A program made the translations under genes and the position numbers. DNA of 64,000 bases from Neocallimastix sp. 'constans' (lineage: Eukaryota): positions 186,001 through 250,000 of the forward strand of contig JBODTK010000139.1 of NCBI GenBank assembly GCA_050613775.1, in the 5' to 3' direction. Within the stretch, counting starts at the first letter, position 1; each line of letters opens with the position of its first letter. Of the stretch, positions 22,563 to 35,502 are shown one piece after another. The notes below the pieces were generated by a model, which saw only the letters and a program-made list of their open reading frames with translations, did no database searches and was not told where the DNA came from.

Positions 22563-25500
22563 TTGGAAGAAACTATCACTTAAAGACGACATAAGTATGG
22601 ATAAAACTTTCAAAACTGCCGAAAAGGTAGATAGACTTTCAGTAAAGAACAACAATGTTAGTAATTCCAATATTAATAATTTACAACATAATCAAAACAA
22701 TACCACTTCAAGATTTTATCCTAAAAGAAGAAATGAAACTTTCCAAACAACTCAAATGAATAATAAACCAAAACCTCAAGATAGTATAGAAGATTTAACA
22801 CAGAAAATGAGGAACTTATCTATTAAAACTTGTTTCTTCTGTAAAGAAAAAGGTCACTACTCAAACTATTGCCCTCAATTAAATAAAATCATGGAAGAAA
22901 ATAAAAAAGAAATATATTCCAAAAACTCTTTAAACTACTAAATGGGAGTAGAAGCACTCCCAATGACAAAAAAATAGCTTCATTAAGTAATAAACAAAAT
23001 AAACAAAGTTCTAACAATATTTCAATTGATAATAATTTCCTTAGTGAAGAATTTGATGAATATAGAGAATCGGATTTAAGTGATGTAATTGAAAATGAGA
23101 AAGAAATTATTATTATTAAAAGAAAAATGAATGATACTATTAATGATAAAGAAGATAGTAATTCTAAGAAAGTACATAAAAATTTAAAAGATAATCCTCG
23201 TCCCTTTGCAACTCCCGCATTAAGAAAGAAGAAAGAGAATGAACTTCATAATACACCAAATAAAGTTTATAAAAATCAAATAATTCCTTCAATTTTAGCT
23301 CAACAAAATATTAATAAAGAAAAACAAAAAGAAAAAGAATTAAGAAATAGGGTGAGAGCAAACGAAAATAAAGAAAAACACAACAGTACCTCCACAAAAA
23401 GAAAAGAAAAAGCTGAATCTGAAGATATATTTGCAATTGATAATGAAATAGAAAGAATAGAAAAGAACAAATATAATCAAAGAAATAAAACTAACACTCT
23501 AGAAAAATTAATTTCAACAAATATTAAAGAAACTAATAATGGAAATACTCAGATAGTAAAGAGAAACATCAAAATGATGAATAACAAAGAACCTTATAAC
23601 ATAATGGATGATCTAAATAATCTTAAATATAGTATTACTGTCGGCCAACTTCTGAATGCATGTCCTAAGATTCGTTCGCAATTATCGCAAGGTTTAATGT
23701 TAGAAAAATCTAAAATAATTGGAACAGTAGATAATGTGATTACAAAAACTCTATTAGTAAATAATAGTGGCCATAGCTACATAAGTAAGAGCAATGAAGT
23801 AGCTGAAGAAGATTTAGCAATGGTTGATGCAAGTGTTGATGGAGTACCAGGAAAATTTTAGTTGATTCTTGTAGTAATCTTAGCATTGTCACTAAACAAT
23901 ATTTTGAAAAATTACCTGGTGAATATGAAATAGTTGGAAAAAGTCGTGGAAGAATTCAATTAGCGACACTAGATGAAGAATATTCAGAAGGAAATATTGT
24001 TCGATTACCAGTAAAAATTAATAATTATATATTTAATGCAGACTTTAGAATTGTTGAAAAAGAAGATTCTTTCTATGATATGTTAATAAATTTTAAAACT
24101 CAAATTGATCATTGTTTCTTTATTCATCCCACCATAAATAGTTTATGCAAACTTTCGTCAAAGAGTGAATTTGAAGAAATGGCTAAAATAAATAATCAAT
24201 ATAATGATGAAGAAAGTATAATCTGCACTATTAGAAAAGTTAAAGAAACAAATAACGAAAAGGAAATTATTAAGGAATTAACACCAATGGAATTTATTGA
24301 AAGTGATAAATTTTTAAATACCTTAAATGAAGAATATAAAGAACAAATTATCAAAATACTCAAAGAAATGATTGACATAGTTGCTACATCAACAGAAGAA
24401 TTAACCCTTTCTAAACTTTCACCACATAAGATCCGTTTAAAAGCTAATGCAAAGCCAGTGAAATTAAGAAGTTATAGGTTAACAAAATTAAAATCAGATA
24501 TATTAAAAGAAGAACTTACAAAACTTATTAAGAAAGGATTGATAGAGCCTTCCTGTTCAGAATGGTCATCTCCAGTAGTACTTATTCTTAAACACAATGG
24601 AAAGTGGCGCTTGTGCATTGACTACCGAAAAGTCAATGATATGACAGAAAAAGATTCTTATTCAGTTCCATATATAGATGAAATTTTTGATAGTCCCTTT
24701 GTGCATTTAGGATTAGATATTATAGGGCCGTTACCAAAAACAAGAAATAATAATCAATAAATTATAGTAACTGTTGATTACTTTACCAAATGGGTTGAAG
24801 CCGAACCCACTGAAAACATAACTTCCTCTGATATAATTGAATTTTTAATAAACGTTTTTGCAAGACATGGTGTGCCTCAAGTTATTACTACTGATAATGG
24901 AGTCCAATTCACCTCCGACATGACAAAAATCTTTCTTGACCTTTATGATGTTTATGTAAAATTCATAGCTACCTATCACCCTGAATCCAATGGTCTCACT
25001 GAAAACCGAAATAAAGAAATTGGAAAATTGCTTCGTTTATTAGGAAGGAAAAATCAAGATTGGGATGAAGTTTTACCTTCTGCTTTGTGGGCACTTCGAA
25101 CTACCAAAAACACTGCTACTGGACATTCTAGTTTTAAATTAGTATATGGAAGAGAAGACCAACAGCCTTATGATATAGCCATAAGAACAATTGAAAATGC
25201 AGGTAAATCATATGATGAAATTTTAATGGAAAAATTTGTTCGTCATTATCAATGGACTAGAGAAGCATGCGAAAATGTGAAGAATGCTAACAAGTATTGG
25301 GCAACAAGACGAGAGGAACAAATAAGTATGAAAAAAGGAAAAGAATTAAAGGCTGGTGATCTTGTTCTTGTTAGGAACTTTAGCCGCAATAATCTAGAAC
25401 CATATTACAATGGACCATTTAAAATTTTAAAAATTCAATTCAATACAGCAACTTTAATCGATCAGAAAACTGGAAAACAACTCAACAGGAATGTTCATTT

Positions 25501-26049
25501 TAAAAATTTAGTAAAGTTTAACTCTGCTTACAGAGAAGCTTGAGTCTTCGTCGGGGAATCTTGATAAGAATGTACTAAATAATGCATTCTTAATTAAATC
25601 TACGATTTATTTTTAATACATTATGTGTACATTATTATTTTTGTACTTTAATAAATTTTTAAATCCAAAGATCAAAAATTAAATCAAAAATTATATTAAA
25701 CTTTATATTTTTATATTAAATCTTATATTAATAGTAATATTTTTATATATTTAAAACTTATATTAGCAATATTAATAATAAATCTTATTTTTTTTATTTT
25801 TATATTAATAATTAAATTTTTTTTATTAATAATATTTTTTTTTATATTGATAATTAAAATTATATATTATATTTTAACTTTTATTATAAAATTTTATATC
25901 AAAATGTTTTATTTTATATTGAAAAATATTTTATTTTATTAAAATCTTTATATTAGAATAGTATTTTTATTTTTATTTGAATATTTTAACAGATTGTAAT
26001 AAAATTTATAGCCAATTAAATAAATTCTTATTAGTAATATTTTAGATAG

Positions 26050-26095
<46 letters not shown>

Positions 26096-26393
26096 TTTTA
26101 TTAATATTATAAATGTATTTTATTTATATTGTTATAATTAAATTTTATATAATTGATTATAAAAATCAATTTAAATTTAATAATTTTTATAAAAAAAAAT
26201 AATATGTAATAATATAAAATTTAGTGGCAAGAACAACTTTTATGCCTTAACAAAAAGTATAAATAGTTGTAAATTTTGCTATAAATTTTTAAAATTCAAT
26301 CATAAATAAAAATAATAAATAAAATAATAAATAATTAAATAAATTTGTGTTTCTTTTACTTTTATTTTTATTTTATTCTCTAAATCCTTAACA
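22563..26393 (+). mobile_element. Decayed Ty3/Gypsy element (Gypsy-2): 5'-truncated gag, pol with stops and an internal deletion, 3' LTR at 25562-26393
   Basis: Clear homology to Gypsy-1 (AEKVDRL, CFFCKEKGH, DNPRP, integrase); LTR tgataagaatg...ccttaaca, with another copy starting at 47743. Confidence 0.9.
22929..22981 (+). promoter_or_regulatory. -1 frameshift heptamer TTTAAAC plus pseudoknot (Gypsy-2)
   Basis: T TTA AAC TAC TAA A TGGGAG TA GAAGC A CTCCCA ATGACAAAAAAATA GCTTC. Confidence 0.85.
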
Positions 26394-26969
26394 TTTTTGG
26401 TACGTTGCCGAATTAAAAATATAATTTTAATATAAATAGTAAAGTTAAATAGGAAATAATTATAAAATAATTATATATAATAATATTAATTAAATTTAAA
26501 ATAATATAAAAAAATATTAGTAAAGATAGTAAGGATAATATATAAATTGAACCAATAGGATTTAATAAAAATAAATATATAAATATGAAAGAAAAATGAT
26601 TTTTTTTAGACAGAGGTAGTTTAATTAGTTTAGAATTAGGAATTTATAAATCTAAGTTAGAGATACTTAGAAAATAATTAATTTACTTAAATATAAAATA
26701 AATACTTATTAAAGTTAAGGTTTAATTATTCAACGGAATAGATTAAAATAACTAATAAGTATTTAAAAATAATTAATGTAACAAGAAATATATATATTTT
26801 TTAATAAAACAAAACGACAACAAATATTCTTTTATCTTTTTCTTATTATTTTTATTTAATCTTTTTGTGTGATAATTATTATAATTCTTTTATTAGAATA
26901 TATAATTTTATAATAAAACTTGCATTCACGAACCACCCGATACAATATAAAAATTATTCGTATCATTTT

Positions 26970-27932
26970 TGTAATAATTTAATTATAAAATTAATTATAA
27001 TCAAATTATTAACTACAACTTAATAATAATTAAATAATAATTATTATTAAATTGAGAAAGCAAAAAAGATAAATATACTTATCTTCTATTAGAAAGAGTT
27101 TATTATAAATAATTATAATAAACTAGTAACACAGAATTGTCAAAGAGAAAAGATTATTTTATTTTATTTTATTTTTAAATTTGTTTTATTAAAACTTGCT
27201 TTATTAAAATAGAAATATAAAATATTTATTAATGTTATTACTATTTTATAATTGTTATAATAATAACTCTTGATTTCTCAAAGAGATTTCAAGAGCCTTA
27301 TTTATACTTTTTTGAAAAATAAGGTTAAATTAAAAAATGTTTTCTAATCTTAACAAATTTCTTATCTAGGAAAAGATTAGACAGAAAAATCTAGATAAGA
27401 TTTTTGATCGATATTCTATCCATATCGATCATCGTATCAATTAGGTAAAACCAATTACTTTTAAGAAGTAATTTGGAAAAACCCTAATTAACCGATTCGC
27501 TAATCTAATGTAATTGATCGAAAATAAAAGAATAAAATAATAAAAAATATTTCGATCATAAAATCATAAATTCACAAATAAGGAAAATAACATAATAATG
27601 ATATTAATGAACAAAATACAGAATACGTTATTAAATACATATTAGAATACATAATATATTTGTTTACAATATAATTAAATAAATAAACTAAGACTAATAA
27701 ATTTAATAATTAAATGTATAATTAAATAAACTATAATTATTTATAAATGTATAAATAATAATTAATTAAATAAATTTTGTTGTATTAAATTAATGAATAT
27801 TTAATATTGAGTTAAATAAATTATTAATAATATTTAAATGAATAAATATTATATAATTAAATAAAGTTATAATTATAACTTTAACTAAGAAAATATAATT
27901 ATTTTATTTAAAAATAATTATAGATTCTTACA
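26970..27932. mobile_element. Solo LTR, family shared with 28587-29557
   Basis: tgtaat...cttaca termini; homologous to 28587-29557 at both ends and at the taataactcttgatttctc..caagag hairpin and TATA segment. Confidence 0.7.
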
Positions 27933-28586
27933 TTTTTATAAATAATAATAATATATATTAAGAAATAGTAAAAGATTTTATAATATTTTAAATATTATAA
28001 TAATTAAATAGTAATAACTTAATAGTTCTTATTCATAATATTAAGTAATTATAATAATTTTTATTATTATAATAATATTATTTAATAATAATATTTATAT
28101 ACATTTGATTGGAAAATATAGTTACACCAACTATAATAATAATATAAATATAAAATTTTTTATATGGAATAATTTGTTCTTTAGAAATCAATTTATAAAA
28201 TTTTTAGGAAATAATTATGAAATTTATTAAGAGAATTTATTTAGAAAAATAATGAATTATAATAATTAAAAATATTTCTCAACGTTGTATAATCAACTAT
28301 AAAAATATTAAATAAAGATTATTATTATAACAAATATATAAAGTTATAAACTATATTATTTATATTATAGTATTTAACTATTTTAATTATTTATAAAAAA
28401 ATTATAATATTTAATATATAGATTAAATATATTATATAAATTTTTAATAAAACATTTTTTTTTAAAATAATTAAGTAAATTTAAATATTAAATATCGGTA
28501 AAACTTGTTAGAATAAAACAAGGTAAAACGATATAAAATAAGTTTAAGAAAATAAAATAATTAATACCTTGAACTTATTATTTTAG

Positions 28587-29557
28587 TGTAAGAAATTACT
28601 TATAAAATTAATTATAAATAATTTCTTAACTACAAATTAGAATTAATTATTACTAATTAACATTAATATGAGAAAATAAAATTAAAATATAATTAAATAA
28701 ATATAAAATAATATAAATAAATAATTATACTTAACTTAAATATAAAAGAGAGTTTATTATAGAAAGTTTATAATAAACAATAACACAAAAGGAATAAAAG
28801 ACACAAATAATATAAAATATGTTTTATTAAAAATGTTTTTGTTTATTAATTAATTATTTTATTTGAATTATTATTTATTATAAAAATCCTAAAATAATAA
28901 CTCTTGATTTCTCTAAGAGAACTCAAGAGTTTCTATTTATACTTTTAAATTTTAATAAATTTGTTTCTAATCTTAACAAATCAATTGTTTAGGAGAAGAT
29001 TAGAAGAAAAATTCGACCGAAAATCTATACATATTGGTCATCGAATATTTTAAGTAAAACCGATTGGTAAAATCGGGAAAAACCTTAAAATACCGATTGT
29101 CTAATATTAAGTACACTAGAATAGATAAATAAAAGAAAATATAATAAAAATCATTAAAAATGAATTATTTAAATATTATTGGTTACTAATTAAATAAAAT
29201 AACTAATTAATAAAAATAAAATCAATCTTTTTCAAAAATTACAAAAACAGGATTAATTTTAAATTAATATTAATAAAGAATATTATATGTTTAAATTAAA
29301 TGAATAAATAAATAAATTACTAATATAATCAATGGACGTAATAATTATTATTAAATAAATTCTTATTATTATATTTAATGAATGTATTTATAATAATTTA
29401 AATAAATTATCTAGTATTAATTTAATGAATGTATTTATAATAATATAAATAAATTATCTAATATTAATTTAATGAATGTAATATATAATAATTAGATAAT
29501 TTATTATGAACTAAGAAATAATAATTATTTTAAAGGAAATAATTATAATTTCTTACA
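28587..29557. mobile_element. Solo LTR with 5-bp TSD TTTAG
   Basis: 12-bp terminal inverted repeat TGTAAGAAATTA/TAATTTCTTACA; TTTAG at 28582-28586 and 29558-29562. Confidence 0.85.
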
Positions 29558-32500
29558 TTTAGTATTCGTTATATTATCTCTAATATAAGTTTTACCATCT
29601 ATTGTAATTATTCGATCTTTCAAGAATTTTTTCATAAATTCATCTATATATTTTTCGTTTTCAACATCATTTATTGCCTCAATTAGATTATTTTCATCAT
29701 TATTACTGCTATTCTCTATAGAATTATTCCCTCCATCATTATTTTCTTCATTATTATTATTATTAATTAATGTATCTACTATTATATTATCTTTTTTTCT
29801 AATTCTTGATAGTGCATCAATGATAATATTACCCTTACCAGGTTGATATACAATATTAACTTTAAGTTGACTAAAAAGATTACACCAACGATCATGTTTA
29901 CTAGTTGCAGGTTCTAACTTCTTAATAATAGAAACTAAAGGTAAGTGGTCAGTATATAAAATTGTCTGAAATGGATTACTAAGTATATATGGTCTAAATT
30001 GATTAATACAATAGTATGCAGCGGTACCCTCTAATTCTGTAATGGCATAATTTCTTTCTGATTTAGTTAGAGAGCGGCTAACAAAATAAACTGGATGTTC
30101 TATGTTATCATCATATAATTGTAGTAAGACACTACCAATACCATTAAAACTAGCATCAGAACGGATGATAAATGGTTTATCAAATCTTGGGTAACAAAGA
30201 ATAGGTGCATTAACTAACGCGTTTATCAATTTGTTGAAACTTTCAGTATGTTCTAATGTCCAGATATATTCCATATTTTTCCTCAATAATTTACATAAGG
30301 GAGCTGATATTAACGCATAATTATCAATATAATTTCTATAGTAACCAACCATACCTAGAAAAGAACGCAACTCCGTAATATTATTTGGGATATTCATCTT
30401 ACTAATAGCTTCTACTTTCTTCTTAATAGGTAATAAACCTTTATTTGTTACTTTATGTCCCAAAGCCTCTACTTCATACCTATAAAAACGACATTTTTCA
30501 ATATTTAATTTTAATTTATGTTTTCTTAAAATATTAAATACTTCTTTTAAATCTAATAAAATGTTGTTCGATATTAGGGGAATAAACAATAATATCATCA
30601 AGGTATATTTGTACACAATTATTAATTAAATCGAAAAATATTCGATTCATTTCCCTCTGAAAAGTGGCCGGTGCATTTGTTAACCCAAACGGCATCACTT
30701 TAAAATAATAGTTACCATATTTTGTAGTAAAGGAGATAACTTCTTGATCATCAACAAGCATAGGAATTTGATGATATCCACTAAATAAATCAATAGTTGA
30801 GAAAATAGTAGCATCCTTTAGAGCGTCAAATATTTCTTGAATTTTTGGTAGTGAATATACATCTTTTATTGTAATATTATTAATTAACCTATAATCTACA
30901 TATAGTCTCCAACGACCATTTTTCTTTGGTACCAATACAATGGGAGACGACCATGGAGAGTGGGAAGGAGAAATTAAACCTTTATCAATTAATTTTTTTA
31001 ATTCTTCTTTCAATGCTGTTAATTGGATATGGGATAACCTATATGCTATTTGTTTAATAGGTTTTGCTCCATCTACTAGTTCGACATGATGTGGTAATAA
31101 TTTGGGTGGTTCCAAATCATCTGAAGATATTGCAACGACATCATTAAATGTTATTAACAGATTTCTTAATTCTGATTTTATTGTATCTTCCTGAATATCC
31201 ATACCTTCTATAACTGATTCTATAATAGCTCTTTTATCATCTTTTATGTTTGTAAAAATAGTACTAGCAGATATTGAGAAATTATCATCATATAAATAAC
31301 ATAATAAGGCTTGTGAATGAAACATGGATATATCCTCTATCAGAACTAAGGGAACCAATTTATTTTCTTTATTTTTAATTGATAAGTATTTGTCCACAGT
31401 ATCCACAATAATTCTATGATCGTGCTGAGTTTTCAAACCAATAATAATATCATAAAAGGAGTCTTCTTTTTCAGATATTCTAAAATTACTTGAAATCTTT
31501 AAATCTCCTATGTTAACATCTAATTGGACTATTTCATATACACGTTCCTCAGCATCAGACATAGCTTGATGAACTTTACTTGTAACTGAACCAATTATTT
31601 TATAATTTTTAATAGAATTATTTAAAAAGTTACGAGTGACTAAATTCGCATTACTACATCCATCAATAAGAACTGCTTGCGGTAGCTCCATTAACAAAAC
31701 CTTTAACTACAGCAATATCATGTTCTTGTACATTTTTACTATTATAATCATGAGAAGGGTTATTCACAATTTCTAAATCTGTTATAGTATTATGAGAATC
31801 TGCTAGTCCTACTATAATTTCATCGTCACCTCTAGATTTCCTAAAACTTTTAGTCACATCCGAACGTAAGGAACTACTTATATTAAGTAATTGAGCTAAT
31901 GTAATATGAGCTGGAGTATTCTTCAATTCCTCTAATATGTTGTATGACTCTACTCCATCCATTAATTGAATTATTTGATTAACTCTAGGTGGTTTATTTT
32001 CTGTTTTAATTTTATTATTTTTATTATTTCCATTAAAATTTATAGTGATTTTATTATCTTGAGTTGTTTTCCTTACTGTAAAACTATTTTCATTATCATT
32101 GTTGATAATTATATTATTTTTAATAGGAATATCATTATGAATATTGCTATTATTTGTATTATTTCTTGAATGTGTTTTAGAACTTGATTTGGCAAAATTT
32201 TGTAATGGTTTAATAGTTTCCTTTGGGTTAGGTTTAATAATTTTTATATCATTATTATTATTATTCGAATTATTATTAATATTATTGTTTAAGTTGTTCA
32301 ATTCATTACTATTATTTGTATTATTAATAATTTTATTATTTGCAGTTCTTTTAGAATTTGGTAATAATGTAGAATATTTTTCATCCCTACTATATTTTGT
32401 AGCTGCAATTATATCTTGATATCTATCATTCCAATTATTAACTGCAAATATACTAGGGTTGGCATTTTGATTAAAGGAAGTTAGCCTTCTTCCTTTATCT

Positions 32501-32574
32501 AGTTTTTTTTTGAGAATATAAAGAATTAATGTAACTTTCATAATTTGGATCATTTTGGAACCTAGCAAAAGCAA
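29558..32574 (-). pseudogene. pol: Gypsy-3 pol (PR-RT-RNase H), frameshifted, integrase missing
   Basis: LIDGCS, VDYR, MPFGL, YLDD, SDAS and TDH spread over three overlapping ORFs; ends next to the solo LTR. Confidence 0.9.
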
Positions 32575-33646
32575 CGCAATCTTTCAAAACATGATCCGGT
32601 TGATGACAAAAATAACAAGTTTTAATTTTTAAATTTTTCATCCGGTTAGTTAAATCATCCATAATATCAGGATTATTATTACTATTAATTGAGTTATGGT
32701 TTATATTACTATTATTGTTATTATTATAATAATTATTACCATTATTACTGTTAAAATTCATATTTCTAAAATTTCCATTATTGTTACTAATATTATAATT
32801 ATTACCATTATTACCATTAAAATTTGTGTTTCTGAAATTTCCATTATTATTAAAATTTCTTAAACTGTTCGAATTCACTCTAGATGGTGAATTTAATGAC
32901 AAATTATTAAATTTTCTTATTCTATTAAAGTTTCCTGAATTATTAATTGTATTAAAATTATTATTGAATGGTGTAAAATTTGAATTATTATTATATTGAT
33001 CCATGAAGGTATTATTAGAATTTAATCTACCAGATTGGAAAAAAATATTTCCTCTATTATAGTTACTGGTATTACCATAAGAACTCCACATTTCTTGGTT
33101 TCCTTCCGTTTCATTTAATATGTTTTCATATTTCTCAGCTAAGTTACAGGCAGTTTCTAGGTCAGAAGCTTCAGCCATGGCGACTCTTTCATAAATTTTT
33201 CTACGAGGTCTCAAGACATTTTCATAATCAATTACTGAAATAGCGGATTGATCAATAGAATCTAACTGATCATATAATTCCAAGAATCTTGTATTAAAGT
33301 CATAGATACTTTCATTTGGATTGATCATAATTTTCTTAATTTGTCGTAATTTATCTTCTTTCATATTTTTTCTCCAATATTTCTTTTTAATCAGGTTTAC
33401 GCATTCATTAAGTGTTAGAATACGACCAGACTTAATTCGTTCTGAGTGAAGGACCCTAACAATATCATCCTTACAAGCTGCAATGATATAACTAAATTTA
33501 CCTTCATCACTAAATATACGCTCTCTTCTAAACCAGTCAGTAATACGGAACTTCCAGATCTCTGCACCTCCAATCCTTGGTAGAGTTCTAGTATCAACAT
33601 CATTATTATCCACCAGATCTATCAAAGGAGTAGATGAACCTGACAT
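32495..33646 (-). CDS. gag: Gypsy-3 Gag, Asn-rich
   Basis: ATG at 33646 (MSGSST); knuckle CYFCHQPDHVLKDC; poly-A slippery run and 9-bp hairpin at its 3' end. Confidence 0.85.
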   Translation of the reverse strand: MSGSSTPLIDLVDNNDVDTRTLPRIGGAEIWKFRITDWFRRERIFSDEGKFSYIIAACKDDIVRVLHSERIKSGRILTLNECVNLIKKKYWRKNMKEDKLRQIKKIMINPNESIYDFNTRFLELYDQLDSIDQSAISVIDYENVLRPRRKIYERVAMAEASDLETACNLAEKYENILNETEGNQEMWSSYGNTSNYNRGNIFFQSGRLNSNNTFMDQYNNNSNFTPFNNNFNTINNSGNFNRIRKFNNLSLNSPSRVNSNSLRNFNNNGNFRNTNFNGNNGNNYNISNNNGNFRNMNFNSNNGNNYYNNNNNSNINHNSINSNNNPDIMDDLTNRMKNLKIKTCYFCHQPDHVLKDCVAFARFQNDPNYESYINSLYSQKKTR

Positions 33647-33921
33647 CGTCACAAAATTCAGGATAATTAATATTTTATATATATATAATAAGTTTAACAA
33701 TATAGTCTTATTAACTAATATAAACTCGTTTTATATTTTATAACAATTAAATATATAATTTAGTCACTATTAAATTTTTTTTTTATTACTTATTACTATT
33801 ATTTATTACTATTATTAGAATTATTAGTATTATTACTATTTTATATTTTTTTTTTTTTTTTTTTACTATTTAATATTATTTATTACTATTATTTCTATTA
33901 ATTCTATTAATATTATTTTAA

Positions 33922-33976
<55 letters not shown>

Positions 33977-34095
33977 GCTACTAATTAATACTATTTATTA
34001 CTACTTTATTATTATTATTATTATGCTACTAATTAATACTATTTATTACTACTTTATTATTATTATTATGCTACTAATTAATACTATTTATACTA

Positions 34096-34131
<36 letters not shown>

Positions 34132-34490
34132 CTTTTTTATATAATAAACTAATAGCTAATAATTAAAGGCTTATTCGTTTTTATACTAGTTCAAACTCCC
34201 AGTTATCTTTAATTACAAATAAAATATTACAATTAACTAACTTATCACTATTAACTAAATCTAAATAGTAATTAAAGACTTATTCGTTTTTATCCTGGTC
34301 CAAATTCCCAGCTGCCTTTAATTAATAAGAATAAAATAAAATATTTTTTTTTTTTTTTTTGACGTGTAATTATTAATTTTCAACTAATATTATATTTAAA
34401 CTTAATAAATTAACACACGAAAATAATTATAATAAAAATATATCTCTTAATAAAACACTTATAAAAATAATACAACTATATTACTGCACA

Positions 34491-34508
34491 TCCCCGATAT
34501 CTCCACCA
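34491..34508 (-). promoter_or_regulatory. Primer-binding site of Gypsy-3, tRNA-Ala-like; its 5' LTR begins at 34513
   Basis: Identical 18-mer to 17308-17325; LTR terminus tgatatgcgggacttttatgtgc recurs at 43929. Confidence 0.85.
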
Positions 34509-34997
34509 ATTTTGATATGCGGGACTTTTATGTGCTATATTTTAATTATAATAATATAGTTATATCTTTATTTAATTTATTATTACTTTTCCTAAAATAA
34601 TTAAAAACCCCTTTTCTAAATTAATTTTATTAGAAATTGGTTGTTATTAAGAAATTTACATTTTTAAAATTATAAATTTAATAATATAAAATACATTTTA
34701 AACATATAATATAAATTATATATAAGAATACAATATCTATATTTAAATAATAAATGTATATTTTATGTAAAATATAAAATAAATATAAAATAATACATAA
34801 TAATATATTATATAATATAATATAATATAAATATATAATTCAATATATTATAAAATAATATATAATATAATAGTAATTATAATATAATAATGAATAACTA
34901 ATAATATATTATTAAAAATCATTATCAAAAAGATATAAATTTAATATTTAATAATTATTATTAAATATATAAATATGTTACTACACATATTTGTTTT

Positions 34998-35355
34998 AGA
35001 TCAATAAGGCTTTCCCTCGAATGATTATTTCACCCAACCCTAATACTACGCTTTGAATTGAAGCATAGACCTTGATAATTGTAATATTTCCAATCGCGAA
35101 TGATTACACCCACTAGGGAGGAGTTAATGATTCCGTTCTGATGCTCGTGGTCAATAGAGATATATGTAGGAACGTTAGGAATGCATCTCCGGGCAGTGTG
35201 TAACGACTATTGAGAGCGGCGAAGCTGATACAGTATGCCAATAACTCATCACCTTACAGTTAATTAATAACTGTATGGCCATATTGGGAGATGGGTACCC
35301 AGTATGTGCAGTCTATGTTTTTCATGCATGTATAAGTACAATTGAGAGGCATGTA
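34998..35355 (-). ncRNA. Candidate structured RNA segment related to the 3' half of 18401-18955
   Basis: Ordered shared motifs CAAUUGUA, AUACU(U)GGGUA and GCC-A-stem-ACUGUAAGGY. Confidence 0.4.
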
Positions 35356-35502
35356 ATATTTGTTTATAATATAAAGTTTTTTTTTTTTTTTTTTTTTTTT
35401 TTTAGACTAGGAATAAACTTTATTTAATAATATTTTTTTTTTTAAAAAAATACATGAAGTTTAAATACATGAAATTTTTTTTTTTATATTAATATTAAAA
35501 AA

